A stretch of 64,000 bases of DNA from Terriglobia bacterium (GTDB lineage Bacteria; Acidobacteriota; Terriglobia; 20CM-2-55-15), in the NCBI GenBank assembly GCA_963664115.2, contig CAXWPJ010000009.1, forward strand, positions 1,152,001 to 1,216,000, given 5' to 3'. The translations under genes and the position numbers were made by a program. Of the stretch, positions 1 through 8,825 are shown one piece after another (the first letter of the stretch is position 1; every line of letters begins with the position of its first letter). A model generated the notes under the pieces. That model was given only the letters and a program-made list of their open reading frames with translations, had not been told where the DNA came from and searched no databases.

Positions 1-152
1 GGATCTGGCGATCAAATCCGTCGGCGGCACGGAGGCAGAGGGGGTAATACATGTTTCGCTCATGCCCTGGAAGTAGGCGGTCAACCTGGCAGACACGCTT
101 CTTTGCGTGACTGTTTCCCGCGGATGGACAAAGGAAGACCTTAAAGAACACG

Positions 153-860
153 ATGGAATACTACACACTGTTATTACTTGGATTCGTGGTTGGCATCCAG
201 CATGCGCTGGAGGCGGACCACCTTGCCGCTGTAGCGGCGATGGGCACGGGCCGGACCTCCCGGCGGGCGCTCATTCTCCGGGGCGGCTTCTGGGGTCTTG
301 GCCATACGGTGACGCTCTTGCTGATTTGCGGCCTTCTGCTGATTCTGGGTGAGACGATCTCGCCCCGGGTGGAAAGCCTGCTGGAACTCGCGGTTGGCGT
401 GATGGTCATGCTCCTCGGTGTTAAGGTATTGACCGGGCTCTGCGGCAAGCGCCCTCATTTCCATGTGCACCAGCACGACAACGGTGTGCGCCACGTTCAT
501 GCCCACAGCCATGTCCATGCAGGGGAGAGCCACAATGAGAGTGCGCATCGCCACGAACATAGTGATCTGGGTCTCGGCCGCGCCCTGGCTGTGGGCATGA
601 TGCACGGCGCGGCGGGCTCGGCCGGGCTTCTCGTCCTCGCCGCCGCAGCAAGCTCGGCGCTTGACGGGCTTGGCTACGTTCTCGCCTTTGGCGTGGGTTC
701 GATACTCGGCATGGCGACGCTTTCGTTTGTCGCCTCCTACCCCCTGGCGCTGCTGGAGCGAAGTGCGCCCTGGCTGAACGCCGCTACGGCTGCTGCCATC
801 GGTTGCGCCGCCATGATCATAGGCGGACGCCTGGTGACGGCAAGCTGGGGGGCATTGTGA
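153..860 (+). CDS. Nickel/cobalt transporter (UreH/SodT/NicO-like, NiCoT superfamily)
   Basis: Signature HALEADH in the first TM region, GLGHT motif, long His-rich loop (HFHVHQH...HVHAHSHVH...HRHEH), GMMHGAAGS motif, about 6 hydrophobic helices. Confidence 0.85.
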   Translation: MEYYTLLLLGFVVGIQHALEADHLAAVAAMGTGRTSRRALILRGGFWGLGHTVTLLLICGLLLILGETISPRVESLLELAVGVMVMLLGVKVLTGLCGKRPHFHVHQHDNGVRHVHAHSHVHAGESHNESAHRHEHSDLGLGRALAVGMMHGAAGSAGLLVLAAAASSALDGLGYVLAFGVGSILGMATLSFVASYPLALLERSAPWLNAATAAAIGCAAMIIGGRLVTASWGAL

Positions 861-863
861 GCG

Positions 864-1565
864 ATGGATGCGAACGGGCCAGCCGAATCCTTATTCCGGC
901 AACAACTGACGCTGGGCATTTCGATTCTGGAACGTCTGGGAATAATCGATTTCAACGGCCACTTCAGTGTCCGCCTGGATGACGGGCGCATCCTGATCAA
1001 TACCGGGAGCTCGGTTCGCAGTGCGATCGGCCCGGAGGATTTTGTCGTCGTCGGACCGAAAGGCGAGCTTTCCGAAAATTCCCCCCGCCCACCTGCCGAA
1101 CTGCCGCTTCATGTGGCTGTCTATCATGCGCGTTCGGATGTCCAGGCGATAGTTCACGGCCACCCGGAATGGTCGACCTTGCTGTCGAGCGCCGGGCGGA
1201 GCTATGAAGTCACGATGCCACAAGGCGCGCTGCTCGGCGATGTCCCGGTATTTCCCTCTCCGATGTCGGTGAACAACCCCCGTATCGGGGACGCCGTGGC
1301 AACAACCCTCGCCGGGGGGAGGGCTGCGCTTCTGCGGGCTCACGGTTCCGTCGTGACCGGGAACGACGTTCTCCAGGCGGCGGTTCTGGCCATCTATCTC
1401 GAATTGAACGCTGAACGACAATTTCGCGCTGCCATGATCGGTGAGCCCTACGTATTCTCCGCTGAACAGGTTCGCTCATTTCAGGAGGGACTGGAAAAAC
1501 GTGTGCTCTTCGAAAAATGTTGGCATTACTACACGGCAAAGTTCGGTTTGGCTGCTCTGGACTGA
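864..1565 (+). CDS. Class II aldolase/adducin family metalloenzyme (possibly a decarboxylase)
   Basis: GHFSVR, E-x-x-x-H (AELPLH), VHGH and LLRAHG metal-binding motifs. Confidence 0.85.
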   Translation: MDANGPAESLFRQQLTLGISILERLGIIDFNGHFSVRLDDGRILINTGSSVRSAIGPEDFVVVGPKGELSENSPRPPAELPLHVAVYHARSDVQAIVHGHPEWSTLLSSAGRSYEVTMPQGALLGDVPVFPSPMSVNNPRIGDAVATTLAGGRAALLRAHGSVVTGNDVLQAAVLAIYLELNAERQFRAAMIGEPYVFSAEQVRSFQEGLEKRVLFEKCWHYYTAKFGLAALD

Positions 1566-1603
1566 TGAAAGCAAGGGGGCGGTCAAAAAGGAGAGATTCA
1601 TAA

Positions 1604-1969
1604 ATGTGCGGCGATATTGACGAACATGCGTGTGTCGACGAGGAACTGTTTGACCGTTTCATCGCGTTGGCCAGTCTTTACGGTGTTTCCCCAGCAGTGA
1701 GGGCCACCGATGGGCCGACTGCATTGAGCGGGGAAGTTGTGCGCGCCGGCTACATGGACACTTTGTTTAAAGATGGACTGAGCCGCGCGCTCAGCGACGG
1801 GGTCAATCTGCCCGAAGGCGAGCGTATGGACGCCCTGGCCGGTCAAGCCATCGTCTTCGCCCGTCTTGCCGGTTTTCTTGCGGGAATGTTTCCGCCCGAG
1901 GCCGACCAGTTCCGCACGGTCGTCGCCGCCCTGACGCAAGGCCACAGCGAGCCAGCCGAAATTGTCTAG
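1604..1969 (+). CDS. Hypothetical protein with an N-terminal Cys/His/Asp cluster
   Basis: AGGAG RBS upstream, tight operon packing, N-terminus MCGDIDEHAC. Confidence 0.65.
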   Translation: MCGDIDEHACVDEELFDRFIALASLYGVSPAVRATDGPTALSGEVVRAGYMDTLFKDGLSRALSDGVNLPEGERMDALAGQAIVFARLAGFLAGMFPPEADQFRTVVAALTQGHSEPAEIV

Positions 1970-2588
1970 AGTGTCCCCTGGAGAAACGGCGACGATTCAT
2001 CCGAGGACCGGCGGTCGCGATTGGTGGATCAGTGTCCTGGGCGAAAGCTTTGGCCTTTCGTTCTGGCTGTTCGCCGCCTTTGCACTGCTCGCCGCGGTCA
2101 TTTCCTACGTCATCCTTGGACCTGAATCATTTGACGACGCGGTGTCGGAGAACCTCGCCCAACTGGGTTTTATGCTGCCGCGCGTGGCGGTGGCGCAGGT
2201 TGTTGCGGGTTTCGTCTGGGTTTTGATGCCTCACGATCGCGTTTCGCAATTGGTCGGGCCTGACGGCGGCCGGCGTGGTCTGGTCATTGCAACGATGGCG
2301 GGGATCATTACTCCGGGCGGGCCGGCTTCGGCGTTTTCGCTGCTGGTTCTGATCGGTAGCGTTGGTGGGGACCGGGGCATCCTCGTCGCCTACATCAGCA
2401 GTTGGGCGATGTTGGGACTGCAGCGTATTCTCGTTTGGGATTTGCCGCTCATGGGAGTGGAATTTTCAGTGATACGTTTCCTGGTGTGCCTGCCCCTTCC
2501 GATCCTGGCCGGTTTGATCGCCCGGCGGCTACCGTTGCGGCTTAGGCTGGTGGAACATCCGGAACAACAGGATGGGCGACGATCATGA
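1962..2588 (+). CDS. Predicted permease (DUF318-like), subunit 1
   Basis: Multiple TM helices, AGIITPGGP motif, overlaps its neighbours; start uncertain. Confidence 0.7.
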   Translation: MSRVSPGETATIHPRTGGRDWWISVLGESFGLSFWLFAAFALLAAVISYVILGPESFDDAVSENLAQLGFMLPRVAVAQVVAGFVWVLMPHDRVSQLVGPDGGRRGLVIATMAGIITPGGPASAFSLLVLIGSVGGDRGILVAYISSWAMLGLQRILVWDLPLMGVEFSVIRFLVCLPLPILAGLIARRLPLRLRLVEHPEQQDGRRS

Positions 2589-3094
2589 ACTTCAGCGTCT
2601 TCGTCCTCTATGGTATGGGCATTGCCCTGGGGGTTTTCGCCCTGTCCCGTGGGGATGGATCCTTTCAACGGGGTCTGGTCCGCGCGGTGGAACACTTCGG
2701 AAAGCTGGTGCCGCGCATGCTGTGCGCTCTGGTGGCGGCGGGTTTCGTGGCCAAACTTATCCCGACTGAGTTTATCAGCCGATTTCTTGGCGCTGACGTG
2801 GGTCTGGCTGGGATCCTCATCGGAACGCTGGCGGGATTGATCGTACCGTCGGGTCCCGTCGTTGCCTTTTCGGTAGGCGCCGCGTTCGCCAGTGCAGGTG
2901 CATCGGTCCCGGCCCTGGTATCGTTCATTACGGCCTGGAGCCTGTTTGCGGTTCACCGGATTTTTATTTTCGAGATACCCTTGCTGGGGTTTTCGTTCCT
3001 GCGTGTCCGTTTGCTGTCCGTGTTGATTTTACCGCCGCTGGCCGGGGGCCTCGCCCTGGCCGCCACCCGGGCGATGTCCATGGTCGGAATGTGA
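2585..3094 (+). CDS. Predicted permease (DUF318-like), subunit 2
   Basis: ATGA coupling to the previous gene; AGLIVPSGP and FITAWSL motifs are paralogous to subunit 1. Confidence 0.75.
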   Translation: MNFSVFVLYGMGIALGVFALSRGDGSFQRGLVRAVEHFGKLVPRMLCALVAAGFVAKLIPTEFISRFLGADVGLAGILIGTLAGLIVPSGPVVAFSVGAAFASAGASVPALVSFITAWSLFAVHRIFIFEIPLLGFSFLRVRLLSVLILPPLAGGLALAATRAMSMVGM

Positions 3095-3408
3095 ACGAAA
3101 CGGGGACGGACACTTCAGTCGAAATGCAGTCGCCAGGCCACAGTGTTGCATGATGTGTCCGTCCCCATTCCGCGTCGGTCCCCGGTGCGGATGGACGGCT
3201 TTCAGAATCATGAGGCGGTAGCCGAGGCGTCAGCGAAAGAAGATGATCGGGGGGGTGTTGGAGGGCATTGGGGTTTTCGAACTGGGTCAGTCTCGACGGG
3301 CCCAAATTCGTTGACACGCTATGGCTCAGGCATTACGTTGGCAGACCGGTCAGGCGTGTGTTTAGAGCCCGGATCGATCATTAATCGAATTCCCTAGGGA
3401 GCAACACT

Positions 3409-3960
3409 TTGGACTCAAAAGATAATCAGAAGAAAGAGGTCACATGGGAGCGCTGGGCCAAGAAGAGGACGTTTGTGCGTGCCCTTGAGGGCACCTATGG
3501 CGAACTGATGGAAGAGCTGTTCAGACAGCCTCGGATCTACCCGACACAGGTTCTCAAGTGGAAAGGCGGACCCCAAAACTTCGGTAAGAAAGTCATCAAC
3601 CCCCAAGCCGTCAGGATAACGCAGTCCATCGAGGCTCATATCGATGCATTCGCGCCGGGTGGCCGCGGCCAGAAGCATGGCCACATGAATAGCGCTGTAT
3701 TTTTTGTGCTCAAAGGGAAGGGACATGACGTCCACGATGGCCGCCGAATAGATTGGGAGGCAGGCGATGCGCTGATTGTGGAGAATGGCTGCGTGCATCA
3801 GCATTTCTCCGACGATCCGGATGAAGAGGCCATCATTCTGATCATGAAGGCGAAACCTCTGTTCCTCTTCATGCACCTCATCTTTCAAAAAATGGTCGAA
3901 TGGCCGCCGAAAGATCCGGTTCCCGGGCAGGAGAACTACGCCCCACCCAGCGCGCTTTGA
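3409..3960 (+). CDS. Cupin domain protein (3-His type)
   Basis: KHGHMNS...FVLKGKG and WEAGDALIVENGCVHQH cupin motifs; GGGAG RBS before a TTG start. Confidence 0.8.
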   Translation: MDSKDNQKKEVTWERWAKKRTFVRALEGTYGELMEELFRQPRIYPTQVLKWKGGPQNFGKKVINPQAVRITQSIEAHIDAFAPGGRGQKHGHMNSAVFFVLKGKGHDVHDGRRIDWEAGDALIVENGCVHQHFSDDPDEEAIILIMKAKPLFLFMHLIFQKMVEWPPKDPVPGQENYAPPSAL

Positions 3961-3996
3961 GCGACTACACAGCCTTAAGAGAATTCAGGAGTTTTT

Positions 3997-4587
3997 ATGA
4001 GCAATAAGTCATCTTTCGTAGACGCCACCGAACGCGGCAGGGCGCGAACTGACATCAACGCAGACTTCTATGCCAAAGCGCTTGAGGCATCTAAGGCGTT
4101 CCGCAGGGAATATCAAAATCGGGCGAATATCGTGAAATCCAATGAAATGCCGATGGAGCGGTCCCCGGATGGACTCATCAAGCACATCGTCAATGAGGGG
4201 ATGAATACCAAGGAATGCTGTATTGATATCTATATGCAGTTTCTGCCCCCGAATGGCGCCACCGGGACCAGTCGCCACCTTTCCGAAGAAGTCGCGTTCG
4301 TGATCGAAGGTGCCGGTTATGATTTGCACTACGACGTGAGTTTCAGGTGTGAGGAAGAGTTCGTGTGGGAATGGGATACGGAAGCTCAGAGATATGAATG
4401 GGGTCCCGGCGACTTTATCTATATTCCGCCTTACTGCGCGCATAAACGATTCAACAGTGATCCCAGCCATGAGGCCCGGGTTGTCGTAGTCAACACCCGT
4501 ATCATGAAAGCGATCGGCTTTGACTGGTTTGATCAGTTGGAGCCTGCCGAGGGCTTTGAAGACCTCTGGGTGCCACCGGCGGAATGA
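3997..4587 (+). CDS. Cupin domain protein (first metal His replaced)
   Basis: SRHLSEE...VIEGAG and WGPGDFIYIPPYCAH; AGGAG RBS. Confidence 0.8.
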   Translation: MSNKSSFVDATERGRARTDINADFYAKALEASKAFRREYQNRANIVKSNEMPMERSPDGLIKHIVNEGMNTKECCIDIYMQFLPPNGATGTSRHLSEEVAFVIEGAGYDLHYDVSFRCEEEFVWEWDTEAQRYEWGPGDFIYIPPYCAHKRFNSDPSHEARVVVVNTRIMKAIGFDWFDQLEPAEGFEDLWVPPAE

Positions 4588-4716
4588 AGAGCAGGATTGA
4601 CTTCAATTGCGCGCTTTCAGATAAGAACTAAACCCGGGTAGGCCCTCCCCTCCCTGGCCAGAGCTGTCCAAAAAGAATTCACTTCAAGAGTTGTGAGTGC
4701 AGGTTCCTGATTGATG

Positions 4717-6435
4717 CTAACGCGCCGGCGGGGTCTCCCCACCCGCCTCCGGCCCCGTGCCTCTCCCTCCGGTAACGCGGCTGAGTGCGCTCCCGACCAC
4801 CACCACGACTACAGCACCCACGACGTTGTACCAGAGAAACGAGATAGACGTCGTGACCGACACTGCGAACACCGAAGCCATTCCGGCGATCAGTCCGATG
4901 AAGGCGCCGTTTCCGTTGGCGCTCTTCACGCCAAATGCCAGTAGGAAGACGCCCAGCAGCGAGCCGTAGAACAGCGATCCGAGTTGATTGACGGCTTCGA
5001 TGAGGGAACCCAGCCGACCCGCGTAGAGTGCCACGACGCACGCCACCCCACCCCACATGAAGGTGCTGAACCGCGACACCCTCAGGTAGTGGGCGTCGGA
5101 CGCCCCGGTTCGGAAGTAGCGTTTGTAAAAATCGATTACGGTGGCGCTCGTAAGGGCCGTCAGCTCGGAGTCGAGGGATGACATCGCAGCGGCAAAGATC
5201 ACCGCGATCATGAGTCCGAGTATTCCCGCCGGAATGTAACGGATCAAGTAGGAAGGGAAGACGTAGTTCACATCGTTGGACGACGCACCTCGAACCTCGG
5301 TTATGAGTTCCCGGGCATCTCTTCGGAGGCCGGCCAGCTGTTCGTCATGGGTGCCGATTCGATTCCGTACACCGGAAACGTCCGCGCCGTTCTCTCTCGC
5401 CTCCAGGAGTTCGAGCGTGGCCTCGCGTCTCAGTTCGTGGATGCGGCCCTGTTCGTCCTCAAGAACCTGAAATTCTCCGGCCCGGGCGCTGGCTTCTACC
5501 GCCGCCACCTCGGCCGCGTTGAACACCAGCGGCGGTCGCTCGAAGTGGTAGAACACGAACAGCAGTACGCCGATGGCCAGGATGGCAAACTGCATGGGCA
5601 CCTTGAAGAAGGCATTGAAGATCAGCGCGAGCCGGCTCTGGCTCAGGGATTTGGCCGTGAGATAACGCTGCACCTGGCTCTGGTCGGCTCCGAAGTACGC
5701 CAGGGCAAGGAAGAGTCCTCCGATCATTCCAGACCAGATCGTGTAGGTGTTCGTCAGATCCCAGCTGAGGTCGATGCTGGACCACATATCCTGGATGCCA
5801 CCGATGTAGACGACGTCGGACAAGCCGACCCCGGCGGGAAGCGTGGTGAACAGTGCCACCAGCGCGACGGCAATACCCACGAACATCATGAGCATCTGGA
5901 CGACATCGGTCCAGATCACGGCAGTGATGCCTCCCAGCATTGTGTAGGCTATGGTGACCACGCCCATGATGAGGATTGTTATGGTCTCGTCCCAGCCCAT
6001 GATCACCGAAAGCACGATAGCCGGCGCGTAAAGAACAATCCCGGCCGCGATGCCACGCTGTATGAGGAAGAGGAAACTGGTCAGCGACCGCGTCTTCGCG
6101 TCGAAGCGCTGCTCCAGGTATTCGTAAGCGGTGTAGACCTTAAGCCGGTAGAAGAACGGGACGAAAACGGCGCACAGGATCACCATGGCCAGCGGCTGCG
6201 GGAGGTAGACCTGGATGAACTCCATCCCGTTGTCAAAAGCCTGTCCAGTGGTACCAATGAACGTAATGGCGCTGGCCTGGGTGGCCATGACGGAGAGGCC
6301 GATCGCAGCCCAGGGGAGTCGGCGGTTGGCGAGGAGGTATCCCTCCACCCCCTCGTTCTTTCTGCTGTGATAATAGGCGAAGGAGAGAACGCCGCCGAAG
6401 TAGACGGCGAAGACCGTCCAGTCGAGGGCGCTCAC
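4717..6435 (-). CDS. Sodium:solute symporter (SSS family)
   Basis: YLLANR, SAITFIG, YEYLEQRF, GGITAVIWTD, DQSQVQRYL and AAAMSS motifs; about 13 TM helices. Confidence 0.93.
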   Translation of the reverse strand: MSALDWTVFAVYFGGVLSFAYYHSRKNEGVEGYLLANRRLPWAAIGLSVMATQASAITFIGTTGQAFDNGMEFIQVYLPQPLAMVILCAVFVPFFYRLKVYTAYEYLEQRFDAKTRSLTSFLFLIQRGIAAGIVLYAPAIVLSVIMGWDETITILIMGVVTIAYTMLGGITAVIWTDVVQMLMMFVGIAVALVALFTTLPAGVGLSDVVYIGGIQDMWSSIDLSWDLTNTYTIWSGMIGGLFLALAYFGADQSQVQRYLTAKSLSQSRLALIFNAFFKVPMQFAILAIGVLLFVFYHFERPPLVFNAAEVAAVEASARAGEFQVLEDEQGRIHELRREATLELLEARENGADVSGVRNRIGTHDEQLAGLRRDARELITEVRGASSNDVNYVFPSYLIRYIPAGILGLMIAVIFAAAMSSLDSELTALTSATVIDFYKRYFRTGASDAHYLRVSRFSTFMWGGVACVVALYAGRLGSLIEAVNQLGSLFYGSLLGVFLLAFGVKSANGNGAFIGLIAGMASVFAVSVTTSISFLWYNVVGAVVVVVVGSALSRVTGGRGTGPEAGGETPPAR

Positions 6436-6584
6436 CGGCCGCTGAGGTCCAGAGTGACGGTGAGAATGTAGAGAACGACGATAAGGACAGCCGTGTAGAC
6501 CACCACAGTGCCGTAGAGCCAGCGCCAGTTCGGAAAGATGCCTATGCGTTCACTCTCCGTCTCTTTCCCTGGCTCGTCGTTCAT
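6432..6584 (-). CDS. Small membrane protein coupled to the SSS symporter
   Basis: 50 aa (MNDEPG...), one long hydrophobic segment, GGGAG RBS, GTGA overlap with the symporter start. Confidence 0.7.
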   Translation of the reverse strand: MNDEPGKETESERIGIFPNWRWLYGTVVVYTAVLIVVLYILTVTLDLSGR

Positions 6585-6731
6585 CCAACTCCCTGTGATC
6601 CGCGGCAGAAGTCCGCGGGGCGGTAGAATAGGCGAAATACGAGGGCCTTGCAAATCCGATCCAACCGGCGCCACTGGATGAAGAAGTTGACAGTTGCAGG
6701 TTCGGGAATCGCATTTTTCACTCTCAAGGGT

Positions 6732-7238
6732 TCACTTTTGACTTTTAACTTGGTTGCCCATCTCTCGTGACCTCACCTCGTCCTCACGCCCTCGTTTTCG
6801 GGCGATGCTGGAAGCGCTGATCAGAAGGAAAACGAACAGGGGTTCCCAGGTGATGCCTCCGACGATATGCCCCCAGAAATGTACGGGAAGTTCTACGCCG
6901 AAAGTGTAGGGTGGGGTGTGAAAAATCGTTGCCGTCCCGGTTCTCCACGTATAGCCCAGCGAAAGTGTTTCGACCAGCATATAGGGTGCGATCAAAGCAT
7001 AAGAGATGATGAGCCGCTCACGTCGTTGGCTTGGCTGGTAGGCAAAATACAGGATGGCGATCGCGATCACCACCGTCATGCTTGCGTAACGCGTGAGACT
7101 GTTGTCAACACCGGAAACGCTCAGGGCGAACCGTACACATCCGACGCCGAATATGGCGGGGACGAAGAACCGAAGAGCCCCAGAGAGAGTCCCTCCTCCG
7201 TTTGCGGAGAGGAGCAAATCGGTTAAAGTACGGCGCAT
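6732..7238 (-). CDS. Hypothetical integral membrane protein (about 4 TM); start uncertain
   Basis: Four hydrophobic segments; similar layout to 37057-37524. Confidence 0.55.
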   Translation of the reverse strand: MRRTLTDLLLSANGGGTLSGALRFFVPAIFGVGCVRFALSVSGVDNSLTRYASMTVVIAIAILYFAYQPSQRRERLIISYALIAPYMLVETLSLGYTWRTGTATIFHTPPYTFGVELPVHFWGHIVGGITWEPLFVFLLISASSIARKRGREDEVRSREMGNQVKSQK

Positions 7239-7578
7239 GTCCGATTGCCTGTTCTGCAAGATTATCGAAGGGGAAATTCCGTCAACTAAAGTATACGAAG
7301 ACGATAGCCTTTATGCTTTCGAAGACATCAACCCTCAGGCTCCGACTCATGTTCTTGTGGTGCCGAAGGCCCATATCGCCACCTTGAACGATCTGAGGCC
7401 TGAAGACAAGCCGGTCGTGGGCCATATGCTTTATGCCGCGGCCGGTATCGCCCGGGACAGAGGAATTCATGAGTCGGGATACCGGACTATATTCAACGTG
7501 AATGCAGATGCCGGTCAGGTGGTTTTCCACATTCACCTGCATGTCCTTGGAGGGCGTCAATTGAAGGGGCTCGGTTAG
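7237..7578 (+). CDS. hinT: Histidine triad nucleotide-binding protein (HIT/HinT)
   Basis: MSDCLFCKI start, DINPQAPTHVLVVPK, HIHLHVLGG histidine triad. Confidence 0.93.
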   Translation: MSDCLFCKIIEGEIPSTKVYEDDSLYAFEDINPQAPTHVLVVPKAHIATLNDLRPEDKPVVGHMLYAAAGIARDRGIHESGYRTIFNVNADAGQVVFHIHLHVLGGRQLKGLG

Positions 7579-7634
7579 GATAATTTTATTGAATAATCCT
7601 AAAGAACCGGATCCAAGCTGTCGATTGAGACCCT

Positions 7635-8009
7635 ATGGATACGAGCGTTATGGCGATTCCAGATGAAAAGCGGCGTTCTGAGCGCATTGTCCCTATTGGG
7701 TCGAACGAGGATGTCGTCGTTCTCCACGTTGGAGACAAACAGCATCTGGCGAAGATCTTAGATCTCAGCGATGGTGGCGCATGTGTGTACCTGGTTGAGC
7801 CCGGAGTGGGGATCGAACAGGACGACTCGTTCCGGATGTCTCTCTATCACAAGCAAAAAATCGAAGATATCGAAGTCACCGCTTGCAGAAAGACGGGCCA
7901 GGTGATCGGCCTCGAGTTTCAGGGTCTGTCGGATACGGCCGAGGAACATGTCCGCGCCAAAATCATTCGGCTGGAAGTCGAATGGATGCGCATGAAGCCC
8001 AAGGTCTAA
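7635..8009 (+). CDS. PilZ domain protein (c-di-GMP receptor)
   Basis: RRSER (RxxxR) and DLSDGG (DxSxxG) motifs, GLEF. Confidence 0.8.
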   Translation: MDTSVMAIPDEKRRSERIVPIGSNEDVVVLHVGDKQHLAKILDLSDGGACVYLVEPGVGIEQDDSFRMSLYHKQKIEDIEVTACRKTGQVIGLEFQGLSDTAEEHVRAKIIRLEVEWMRMKPKV

Positions 8010-8054
8010 CCCCCCTCCCCACGATCCCTTTATTCCCATCAGAGCAGGAACTTT

Positions 8055-8206
8055 CACCGCAAAGGCGCAAAGAAAGACAATGGGGTCTCTGCGTGTCTTT
8101 CAATCAAAATCTGCGTTGGCAGCGACGCCCTCAAGAACCCGAAGAAGTCCGATCAGGACATCTCTACACACCATAAAGACCTTTGCGTCTTTGCGCCTTT
8201 GCGGTT
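8055..8206. repeat. Intergenic palindromic element (CGCAAAG-unit arms)
   Basis: ACCGCAAAGGCGCAAAGA (8056-8073) and its exact reverse complement TCTTTGCGCCTTTGCGGT (8188-8205), between convergent genes. Confidence 0.85.
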
Positions 8207-8217
8207 TGATCCCCTTC

Positions 8218-8781
8218 TTACGCCTTCGATTTCTGGTCTGTCGGGTTGCGGCTTTCCAGTTGTTCCCGGTAGGTTCGGCGCATACGATCAAAGAATTTCT
8301 GGGAGGCTGGAGACTGGTAGTCCGGGTAGGTCCACGGAAAGAACTGATTCCCGTTCTTCTTGAAGTGCATTGTGACCTCGGCAAAGATACCGCTCCCAAT
8401 ATATGCTCGGTGGTAGAAGTTCTTTGTCGAAAAGAGAATAACCTTGGACTGCTCGATGTAGCCGGGATCAAGATTCACAGGCCGGGTAACCCCTTTCGAG
8501 ACAAAGGCGAGTTCGGATTCGATTCGGTTGGTTTCCAGTTTCATGGATTCCAGGCTGTCGGCTGTTACGAGGTTCTCGAAGGAAAAAAAGATCCGGTCGA
8601 GTGCGTCCCCCATTTCTTCTGAGTAATAATCAGTGGACTCAAACTTCAGGAGGCCGGTCTGATCGTCGATCGGTCCGAAGAGAGTCACGAGCTGTTCCCG
8701 GACCAATGGGACCAGTTGTTCGTCGGAGAACAGGACACCCGCGAATGGCTTGACTGGATTGAACGGTCGCACGTTACCCAA
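8218..8781 (-). CDS. DUF4416 family protein
   Basis: TDYYSEEMG, KLETNRIE, RPVNLDPGY, STKNFYHRAYIGSGIFAEVT and FPWTYPDY motifs; TTG start inferred. Confidence 0.8.
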   Translation of the reverse strand: MGNVRPFNPVKPFAGVLFSDEQLVPLVREQLVTLFGPIDDQTGLLKFESTDYYSEEMGDALDRIFFSFENLVTADSLESMKLETNRIESELAFVSKGVTRPVNLDPGYIEQSKVILFSTKNFYHRAYIGSGIFAEVTMHFKKNGNQFFPWTYPDYQSPASQKFFDRMRRTYREQLESRNPTDQKSKA

Positions 8782-8825
8782 GTTTCTAAACCTCAACAGT
8801 AGCCCGGAAGTCACAATACTACGCC

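Noticed and set aside
2-76. Possible 3' end of an upstream CDS (DLAIKSVGG...MPWK*)
   Set aside because: Too short to support or assign
3135-3149. GG-N10-GC site (AGGCCACAGTGTTGC) upstream of the cupins
   Set aside because: Weak -24 context and 260 bp from the start; plausible by chance in GC-rich DNA
864-4587. Methionine salvage mtnB/mtnD assignment for the aldolase and cupins
   Set aside because: The cupins lack the ARD H-x-H-x3-E arrangement and no other mtn genes are adjacent
5347-6471. 374-aa plus-strand ORF
   Set aside because: Antisense to the SSS symporter; a typical GC-rich shadow frame
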